49,622 nt of DNA from assembly GCA_964622035.1 (NCBI GenBank), contig CAZUPF010000001.1, positions 1 through 49,622 on the forward strand, in the 5' to 3' direction. The notes under the pieces are model-generated. The model was not told the origin of the DNA and searched no databases. It saw only the letters and a program-made list of their open reading frames with translations. Within the stretch, counting starts at the first letter, position 1, and each line of letters starts with the position of its first letter. A program made the translations under genes and the position numbers. The stretch comes from an uncultured Candidatus Saccharibacteria bacterium (lineage in GTDB: Bacteria; Patescibacteriota; WWE3; JAUXAW01; JAYEID01). This document shows, in pieces, positions 43,264 through 49,622 of the stretch.

Positions 43264-44316
43264 CTATCTCTTTCTCAAAAAAGCGGGAATTTCGTATTCG
43301 CGGTCCTCGTCTTCCGAGCTACTGCCCCCCTCTTGATCAAGCTCCTCGAAAAGTTTCTCCATTCCGGGCTCAAACCCGGTGGCGATAACTGTGATCTTTA
43401 TTTGATTAGTCATCCGCTCATCAATCGTCGCTCCAAAGATGATTTCTGCGTCAGGGTGCGCCTCCCCGGAGATTATCTTCGCCGCCTCATCGACCTCGTG
43501 CATAGTCAGATCCTTCCCCCCCACAATGTTAAACAACAACCCACGCGCGCCTTGAATCGAGGCCTCGAGCAAGGGGGACCTAGTCGCGTTCTTAGCCGCC
43601 ACCTTCGCCCGATCCTCACCACTAGCGCGCCCAATCCCCATCAACGCCGAGCCGGCCTCCGTCATGATTGTCCGCACATCAGCAAAGTCCACATTGATAA
43701 GTCCTGGAGTGACGATCAAATCTGAAATACCTTGAACACCCTGACCTAAAACACCATCGGCAATCTTAAAAGCCTCCAAAATACTGACCTTCCGCTCCAC
43801 CACCTCCAAAAGCTTCTGGTTGGGAATGGTAATTAACGCATCGACCTTATCCCTAAGGTTGGCCACCCCCTCGTCTGCTTGGGCCATCCTTTTAGTCCCC
43901 TCGAAATCGAAGGGTTTGGTTACTACCCCCACCGTCAGAGAGCCCAGACTCTTAGCCAACCCAGCGATAATCGGGCTAGCCCCCGTTCCTGTCCCCCCGC
44001 CCAAACCGGCCGTCAGAAAAACCATGTCCGACCCCTTAAGATATTCCTTAATCTCCTCCAAACTCTCCTCGGCCGCCTTCCTCCCAATACCTGGGTCGGC
44101 CCCCGAGCCTAGTCCAGCGGTTGACTTCTTCCCAATCTGAATCTTCACCGGAGCCCGATTAATCTCCAAGGCCTGCGCATCGGTGTTCACTGCCACAAAC
44201 TCCACCCCAGAAATATCCTGGAGGGCGATCATCGAGTTCAGAGCATTACCGCCCCCACCACCAACACCCAAAACCTTTATTTTGGCAATTCTCCCAATAT
44301 CGGGTTTAATTTGCAT
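43264..44316 (-). CDS. ftsZ: cell division protein FtsZ
   Basis: Tubulin signature GVGGGGGNALNSM, T7 region, and C-terminal peptide EIPAFLRKR. Confidence 0.97.
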   Translation of the reverse strand: MQIKPDIGRIAKIKVLGVGGGGGNALNSMIALQDISGVEFVAVNTDAQALEINRAPVKIQIGKKSTAGLGSGADPGIGRKAAEESLEEIKEYLKGSDMVFLTAGLGGGTGTGASPIIAGLAKSLGSLTVGVVTKPFDFEGTKRMAQADEGVANLRDKVDALITIPNQKLLEVVERKVSILEAFKIADGVLGQGVQGISDLIVTPGLINVDFADVRTIMTEAGSALMGIGRASGEDRAKVAAKNATRSPLLEASIQGARGLLFNIVGGKDLTMHEVDEAAKIISGEAHPDAEIIFGATIDERMTNQIKITVIATGFEPGMEKLFEELDQEGGSSSEDEDREYEIPAFLRKR

Positions 44317-44339
44317 AGCAGTCGGCCAGCCTTACTACC

Positions 44340-45611
44340 CTACGGCAGAAATGACTTTACCCATTCTACCACCCTAGCGAAGATTCCACCAAGTTTACCC
44401 CGCGAAACAAGTCGCGAAAGACCCCCCTCTTGCGTAAAATAGGCCCCATAAAGAACCAAACCAACCGCGGCCGCTTGGGCCGGGCTCCCTAGCTCGTCAA
44501 TCAATCCGGTTACTCCCCGAGGCTGCCCAATTCTCAGAGGTAGCCCCAGCACCTTTTTTGCCACCTTCCGAACCCCAAGCGTTCCGGCAGCCCCTCCTGT
44601 AAAAACCGCACCCGCGGGCAACCGCTCCCCCAGATCACTTCTCTTCACCTCCCGACCGACCATTCGGAAAATCTCCGTCATTCGGGCCTCCACAATAGTC
44701 TCCACCAGTTTCCTCGATACCGTTGTCTGCTCGAAGCCCAAATCAGAAACATCAATCTCATCACGATGCTTCCTCGGCTCCCGCTCACCTCCAGGACGAA
44801 GTGGCAGAATCTCCTCGGTGGACAGGCGAATCTTGACCTGCTCGGCCTCTTCCAAGCTCATTCGCAAACCAACTGCCAGGTCGTTAGTTATGTTCTGACC
44901 GCCGATAGGGAGAACGGCCGCATACGCCGGACTGCCAGCAGAGAAAACTAAAATACTTGTCGTCCCGCCGCCGATATCAACCAGAACCGTTCCCAACTCC
45001 TTTTCCGTATCAGTCAGCACCGCCTCGGCCGAAGCCACCCCCTCGAAAACTAGAGAGCTCACTTCAACCCCCACCTGCTGAACACACTTAACCAAATTGC
45101 GCATCACGGTCGCCCCACCGGAGATAATATTAGTCTCGACCTCTAAACGAATACCACTCATTCCTACGGGGTCCTTAATTTCATCTTGGTTATCAACAAT
45201 AAACCCCCGAGGAATAACATGGACAATTTCCCGAGACGAGGGGATAGAAATAGCCTGAGCCGCTTCAGTAACCCGATCGACATCCCCCGCGGTAATCTCC
45301 CCCTCCTGGTTAGCGACCGCCACTACCCCATGAGAGTTCAAAGAAGAGATATGTTTACCGTTAACCGCTACGAAAGCCGAGGAGACCGCATACCCCGCCA
45401 TCCTTTCTGACCCCTCCAAAGACTGAGCAATGGTTTCGACGGCCTCATCAATATCCACTACCACCCCCTTCTTGATACCTCTCGAGGGTATTGTGGAAAC
45501 ACCAATCACCGAAACCTTCCCTTCGGGAGAAATGGAGGCAATAATACTACTAACCTTCGAGGAACCTATGTCAATTCCAGTAACGACACGATCTTTGGGC
45601 ATAGTAACCAA
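44340..45611 (-). CDS. ftsA: cell division protein FtsA
   Basis: Actin-fold phosphate motifs GIDIGSSK and VDIGGGTT. ATG 45602 is an alternative to TTG 45611. Confidence 0.93.
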   Translation of the reverse strand: MVTMPKDRVVTGIDIGSSKVSSIIASISPEGKVSVIGVSTIPSRGIKKGVVVDIDEAVETIAQSLEGSERMAGYAVSSAFVAVNGKHISSLNSHGVVAVANQEGEITAGDVDRVTEAAQAISIPSSREIVHVIPRGFIVDNQDEIKDPVGMSGIRLEVETNIISGGATVMRNLVKCVQQVGVEVSSLVFEGVASAEAVLTDTEKELGTVLVDIGGGTTSILVFSAGSPAYAAVLPIGGQNITNDLAVGLRMSLEEAEQVKIRLSTEEILPLRPGGEREPRKHRDEIDVSDLGFEQTTVSRKLVETIVEARMTEIFRMVGREVKRSDLGERLPAGAVFTGGAAGTLGVRKVAKKVLGLPLRIGQPRGVTGLIDELGSPAQAAAVGLVLYGAYFTQEGGLSRLVSRGKLGGIFARVVEWVKSFLP

Positions 45612-45701
45612 CTAACTAGCCAGGCAGGCAACACGGTGGAGTCACCTAGTTGCCCATCTAATGTAACACCGCCAGCAAGTCTTGGTCAACAACCAGGGAC
45701 A

Positions 45702-46466
45702 CTACTCATATTCTAGCACAGGATTTTTGGCACGCAGGTCTACCTTCTTTAGCAGAACTCCCTGCGCACGGTAGTTTTTGAGAATGGCCAAAAGCGCCGG
45801 GCCGGTATCCGCCTCAGCTCCTAGCAGCACTTCTGGACCAGCAGTCACCTTTAACCGCAGGCCGCCGGTAAGCTCAACCCACCCCACCAAAAAACCATCG
45901 TCAGAGAGCGCCGAAAGGAGGGATAATACGAACGCCACCCCTTCTGAGGAAATCTCTTGACCCAAGGAAAGGGACTGTTCCGGAAGGTTAATAACCGGCA
46001 AGCCCTCCTGCCGCTGGGAAGAAAAAATAGTACCCGTCTCATCCACCAAAAACAGCCGGCCCCGCTGGTCAGAAACTACAGCCAAAGGGACTCTCCTGCT
46101 CACCGCAACAACAAGGGAGTGCGGCAACTTCTTAGCAATTTTGACCTCCCGGTAAGAAAGCTCCTCCTCAAGAAAAGATAGCTCCTTGGTGCTGAGAAGC
46201 AAGATATTCTTCCCCAGCACTCTTTTCTTCACCCCCTGCTCTATTCCCTCCCTCTCCAAATCGTGCCCCTCAGAAGATGTGAACTCGACAGTGATATCTA
46301 CCAAAGAAAACAACGGAGAGACGAAAGCGGCGTAGCTCAGAAAGAGGAGCGGAACTAGGACAAGAAAGACAGATACCAGCCGGGTGTCAACCCGGCGTCG
46401 AACATATTGCTGTCGGCGGCGAATCTGTCTGCCTAGCTTACGCCACCACATTCCCCTAGGAGCCAC
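45702..46466 (-). CDS. ftsQ: FtsQ-like division protein (TM plus POTRA-like region)
   Basis: Single N-terminal TM and a position between murG and ftsA. Overlaps the murG stop by 11 nt. Confidence 0.75.
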   Translation of the reverse strand: MAPRGMWWRKLGRQIRRRQQYVRRRVDTRLVSVFLVLVPLLFLSYAAFVSPLFSLVDITVEFTSSEGHDLEREGIEQGVKKRVLGKNILLLSTKELSFLEEELSYREVKIAKKLPHSLVVAVSRRVPLAVVSDQRGRLFLVDETGTIFSSQRQEGLPVINLPEQSLSLGQEISSEGVAFVLSLLSALSDDGFLVGWVELTGGLRLKVTAGPEVLLGAEADTGPALLAILKNYRAQGVLLKKVDLRAKNPVLEYE

Positions 46467-47577
46467 CCCCAGATAACATCGCCGCTATCTCCCCTGCAAT
46501 ATTCTGCGCCCCATCTAACCGAATTAGATTCTGCGCCCGCTCTCCCGCCCCCCGCCTCTCCGCCAACCCCCTCCTAAAAGATGTCACGCGTCCCAGCAAC
46601 GATTCGGAGGTCAGATCTTTCTGGGGGAGGATTGCCGCCAAACCAATACCCTCCAGCATCTCCGCATTTCTCTGCTGCTCGTTGTGTGATACCCAAGGGA
46701 TAGGCACGAGAATGGCCGGCTTCCCTAACGCAGCCAGCTCGTAAACCGTGTGGGCTCCCCCCCGACCAATAACAAAATCGGCCTGACGGTAAACATCCGC
46801 AATCTCCCCTTGAGAAAAGTAGTCCTTAACAAGATATCGGGTCCGGAGCTCGGTGGGAAGGGAAGCCCGTGCCTGTAACAACTCTTCAGAATCCAAAGAA
46901 CCGCACTGGTGAATTATAAGAAACTCGGCTAGAAGCTTTTCCAAACAACCCGCCACCGCCTGGTTAATAGTTTGGGAACCCTGTTTACCACCAGTAATGT
47001 AGATTGTCGGTGGTTGCCGGCCGGTCCGTACCGGCTCTTTAGCCAGAGATACTATTTCCTTTCTTAGAGGTAACCCGGTCAAGACAATCTTTTTCTCAGG
47101 GAAAAATTTCGCCGATTGGGGCCAGGAGATAAAAATCTTTCTGGCAAACCTAGAGATGAAGCGGTTCGACCAGCCAGATACCACCGTTTGCTCGTGAGTC
47201 ACTGCCGGAATTCCCAGCAGCCACCCCGCAGCCACCACTGGCGCCGCCAAGTAGCCACCGAAGGAGACAATCAAACTAGGACGAATAGTAAATAGCCACC
47301 ACAAAGACTGAAAGAACCCGCCAACCACCCGTAGCCACTCGATTAGGTTAATGGTGCGGTAAACCTTCCCCGCCTTAAGATCATAAAAAGGGATACCGCG
47401 AGCGATCACCTCTCGGTACTCGGCACTTTCAATCCTTACGCCGTGTAGCGCGTATTTGTGCCCAATAAAGAATGGTTGGTAGTGGTCGAGCGCGTCAATA
47501 ACTGCCAGGGCCGAGTTGTGATGACCACCGGTAAAGACCAATCTTGTTGTCTCGTTCACGGAAGCTTCAACATTCAT
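46456..47577 (-). CDS. murG: undecaprenyldiphospho-muramoylpentapeptide beta-N-acetylglucosaminyltransferase
   Basis: GT28 pattern (FTGGHHNSALAV, ITGGKQGS, RGGAHTVYELAALGKPAILVP). ATGA overlap with ftsW. Confidence 0.9.
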   Translation of the reverse strand: MNVEASVNETTRLVFTGGHHNSALAVIDALDHYQPFFIGHKYALHGVRIESAEYREVIARGIPFYDLKAGKVYRTINLIEWLRVVGGFFQSLWWLFTIRPSLIVSFGGYLAAPVVAAGWLLGIPAVTHEQTVVSGWSNRFISRFARKIFISWPQSAKFFPEKKIVLTGLPLRKEIVSLAKEPVRTGRQPPTIYITGGKQGSQTINQAVAGCLEKLLAEFLIIHQCGSLDSEELLQARASLPTELRTRYLVKDYFSQGEIADVYRQADFVIGRGGAHTVYELAALGKPAILVPIPWVSHNEQQRNAEMLEGIGLAAILPQKDLTSESLLGRVTSFRRGLAERRGAGERAQNLIRLDGAQNIAGEIAAMLSGGGS

Positions 47578-48758
47578 CTTCTACTCCCCAAGCCACCCAC
47601 CGCCGAAATATTCAGCAGAATGCCTAAACCAAAAAGGGTAAAAACCATGGACGAGCCCCCGTAAGAAATAAAAGGCAGGGTAACCCCCGTCAGCGGTATC
47701 AGCGCCGTCATCGCACAGAGATTAACTAAAACCTGCAAACTCATCCAACCAATGATTCCAGCAGCCAATAAGCGCGCGTAGTTATCGGGAGCATCCCTAG
47801 CGACCAAAAACCCACGCCAGAGGAAAAGTAAGAATACCAGAACAAGGGCGGTTGTGCCCAAAAACCCAAACTCCTCACCAATAATAGCAAAAATGGAGTC
47901 CCCCACCGTTTCGGGCAGATACTCATATTTTTGACGCGACTCCCCCAATCCCAAGCCGAACAGCCCCCCGGAACCCAGGGCGATAAGAATCTGCCGCAAA
48001 TGGTAACCAGTAGAAAGGGGGTCCGCCGCCGCGGGATCCAAAAAGGTCAGCAGCCGCGCCCGGCGGTAGGGCGATGTCCAAACGAATCCCACCCCAGCCA
48101 GCAAAAAAACCACCGAGCTTATCAATAGTGGTAAAATCTTGGCCCCGGCCACAAAATAGAGCCAAACGCCAACAAAACAGGCCAGAGCGGCAGTGGCAAA
48201 ATCCGGCTCCAGAAGAATCAACCCCCCCATCGCTGAAAGCAGAACATACACCGATATAACATCCGGTAGAGGAGTCTTGACTCCCCGCCGCCCTTGGGGC
48301 GCGAGCCAGGCGGACAGATACAAAACCAAAGCCAGCTTCGCCAGCTCGGATGGTTGAAAGCTTAGGTAACCCAACAGCGGTAAACTGGGTAGAACCCCCG
48401 GAGGGTTAAGCACTATCCAGCGCCGCGCGCCATTAACCTCCGGTACAAATTTATCCAGCAGAGGGAAACTAACAAACCGGGGAATCACCAAAAAAATTAG
48501 CAGACCAAGGGTTATCACGAAGATGGGAAGGGCTACTTGGCGCAAGCGTTGGTAATCAATAAGGAAAACCAGAAAACCGCCCACTCCCCCCAAAACGACC
48601 CAGGAAAGCTGCTTTAACAGGAAATGGTACTTACCACCAAAAACATCGTGGGCGTAGACAACCGAGGCATCGTAGACCATCAAAACACCAAAAACAATCA
48701 GCCCGACGGCGGTGAAGAGGAGAATTGGGTCAGGTTTTTTGGAGACCGGTCGTAACAT
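47574..48758 (-). CDS. ftsW: SEDS-family lipid II flippase/polymerase FtsW
   Basis: FtsW/RodA helix pattern in dcw context. ATG 48758 (MLRPVSKKPDPILLF...) is preferred, because a TATACT box lies inside the longer GTG 48839 ORF. Confidence 0.88.
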   Translation of the reverse strand: MLRPVSKKPDPILLFTAVGLIVFGVLMVYDASVVYAHDVFGGKYHFLLKQLSWVVLGGVGGFLVFLIDYQRLRQVALPIFVITLGLLIFLVIPRFVSFPLLDKFVPEVNGARRWIVLNPPGVLPSLPLLGYLSFQPSELAKLALVLYLSAWLAPQGRRGVKTPLPDVISVYVLLSAMGGLILLEPDFATAALACFVGVWLYFVAGAKILPLLISSVVFLLAGVGFVWTSPYRRARLLTFLDPAAADPLSTGYHLRQILIALGSGGLFGLGLGESRQKYEYLPETVGDSIFAIIGEEFGFLGTTALVLVFLLFLWRGFLVARDAPDNYARLLAAGIIGWMSLQVLVNLCAMTALIPLTGVTLPFISYGGSSMVFTLFGLGILLNISAVGGLGSRR

Positions 48759-48858
48759 ACTTGAAAGAAGAAGCCCCCCAAGACAAAAAGGTGCCACGCC
48801 CTGAGTCAGTATAGCACGGGAGTGGCGGAAGAGGCACACCTAAATACCGTTTAGCCAG

Positions 48859-48887
48859 TTGACTCATAGCTTAAAAGGCGGTAGACT
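48859..48887 (+). promoter_or_regulatory. sigma70-type promoter of the orphan unit
   Basis: TTGACT (48859-48864), 17 nt, TAGACT (48882-48887). Confidence 0.55.
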
Positions 48888-48893
48888 AGGCAC

Positions 48894-49371
48894 GAAGTTT
48901 GCCAATAAAGCAGAGGTACTAAGAAGGAAGGAAGGGAGAGCAAGTATGTCCGAGCTTGGGCGGAGAACGAGTACCAGCAACCAGATAGCCGAGGAGCTAC
49001 GCTGGTTACGGGTGCTGCGCAGGATTAGCGATGCCCTTACCGGCCGAGTATTTTACACCGGTAGGGAGGGGAGGTGAGCCGTGACATTTGGATGCATGGG
49101 CATTAAATTGAGAGTAGGGCGGGTACCACGCCATATCCAGAAGGCCCTCCGGCTCCACAACAGATCCCGAGCCTCCGCGAAAAGTGCCAGGCACCCCCGC
49201 CACCAAAGGGGGAGGCGGTCACGCCGCCAGCAGCGTTGGACAACAGTTGGTGGAAGGGGGTAACTCCCAACAAGCGGCCGGCGATATGGCCGCCCACCAG
49301 GATCGCCTGAGGCTGACATTACTTATGGCAGGTTCTGCGAATAAACCATTCGCGGCGCCTGCCGTCTTTTT
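48894..49371 (+). other. orphan transcription unit: candidate structured ncRNA or two SD-led micro-ORFs (43 aa at 48946..49077; 60 aa at 49081..49263)
   Basis: Bounded by the promoter above and terminator 49327..49371. Hand-counted GC is 67-68 percent. Many local hairpins have G-U pairs valid only on the + strand. No known RNA family signature recognised. Confidence 0.35.
49327..49371 (+). terminator. intrinsic terminator
   Basis: Two-tier hairpin: GGCAGG/CCTGCC outer stem, GCGAAT/ATTCGC inner stem with loop AAACC, followed by GTCTTTTT. Confidence 0.75.
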
Positions 49372-49450
49372 ACCCCCAATTTCACCCGACGGGTACAAAG
49401 GTATTTTTCCGATGTGATAACCCCTTGACCACTCTGTTATACTATGAGTA

Positions 49451-49622
49451 ATGAAGGCTCTCTTACGACGCGGTTTAAGAGTCATCCTCAAATACCTTAC
49501 CCACGCGGTGCTCAGCAAGCACCAACCACAAATCATCGCCCTCGTGGGCAGTCATGAGACGGCCATTGCCCGAGAAGCACTCTACACGGTTCTGCACGAG
49601 CATCTCCCAACCCGCCAAAACA
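49451..49622 (+). CDS. Mur ligase (MurF-like) N-terminus, truncated by window edge
   Basis: Hand translation: MKALLRRGLRVILKYLTHAVLSKHQPQIIALVGSHETAIAREALYTVLHEH... This resembles MurF N-termini, but the P-loop position reads GSHETA. TATACT lies 7 nt upstream of the ATG. Confidence 0.55.
   Translation, partial: MKALLRRGLRVILKYLTHAVLSKHQPQIIALVGSHETAIAREALYTVLHEHLPTRQN

Noticed and set aside
48859-49371. Known RNAs for the orphan unit: RNase P, SRP/4.5S, tmRNA, 6S, T-box, cobalamin, TPP, ydaO
   Set aside because: There are partial look-alikes: GUGCCAGG resembles RNase P, GGGCGGGUACCACG resembles a T-box, and CCCGAGCC resembles ydaO. The universally conserved cores are absent (GGAAAGUCC and ACAGAAnCCGGCUUA, the GGAAGCAG apical loop, the tRNA-like 3' end, the B12 box, CUGAGA). 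The T-box-like string is 200 nt from the terminator.
1-49622. CRISPR arrays, rRNA genes, transposases/integrases, prophage blocks, and recoded stop codons (code 4/25)
   Set aside because: No regularly spaced repeats, rRNA signatures or recombinase motifs were seen. All long conserved genes are open under the standard code without in-frame TGA/TAG/TAA.

Overview
Gene-dense 49.6-kb bacterial chromosomal window: about 50 protein genes and 2 tRNAs, with no rRNA, CRISPR array, transposase or integrase. About three quarters of the genes are on the minus strand. Core content: the tail of the division/cell-wall cluster (ftsW-murG-ftsQ-ftsA-ftsZ) runs with a 5-nt gap into anaerobic class III ribonucleotide reductase nrdD-nrdG. 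Also present are ileS-rodA, rplU-rpmA, lepB, tRNA-Val(CAC), tRNA-Thr(CGU), an MsbA-like ABC exporter, typA/bipA, rlmN, plsC, a tmk-DUF3795-GGDEF operon, an ECF sigma module, a DEAD-box helicase and an RRM RNA-binding protein. A surface-polysaccharide block holds a Wzx-like flippase, a GT4 glycosyltransferase and two Wzy/O-antigen-ligase-like proteins, flanked by Ig-like surface proteins. GC-richer, Shine-Dalgarno-led orphan genes of unknown function are interspersed. The repertoire (DUF5667-type secreted protein, SurA_N-only chaperone, anaerobic RNR, many small membrane proteins) resembles a reduced anaerobe such as Patescibacteria/CPR; that is inference only. All family calls come from motifs read by eye in the supplied ORF translations; no search was run. 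Most noteworthy: (1) an orphan promoter-to-terminator unit of about 480 nt, GC-rich and hairpin-dense, between divergent ftsW and a murF-like gene, which matches no RNA family I know; (2) a 130-bp direct repeat (125/130 identical) bracketing a DHH phosphoesterase gene, where one copy is the real 3' end of a nucleotidyltransferase-fold gene and the other an orphan duplicate; (3) ribosomal protein L21 fused to an RpoA-CTD-like helix-hairpin-helix domain; (4) a sensor-less GGDEF cyclase translationally coupled to a Cys-rich DUF3795 protein behind tmk; (5) a C7/G7/C8-U7 homopolymer switch upstream of the DEAD-box helicase; (6) a terminator-capped 275-nt untranslated stretch upstream of the ABC exporter; (7) a pervasive leaderless layout, with the -10 box 6-13 nt from the start codon; (8) an IleRS and a MurF-like protein whose signature catalytic motifs look degenerate.
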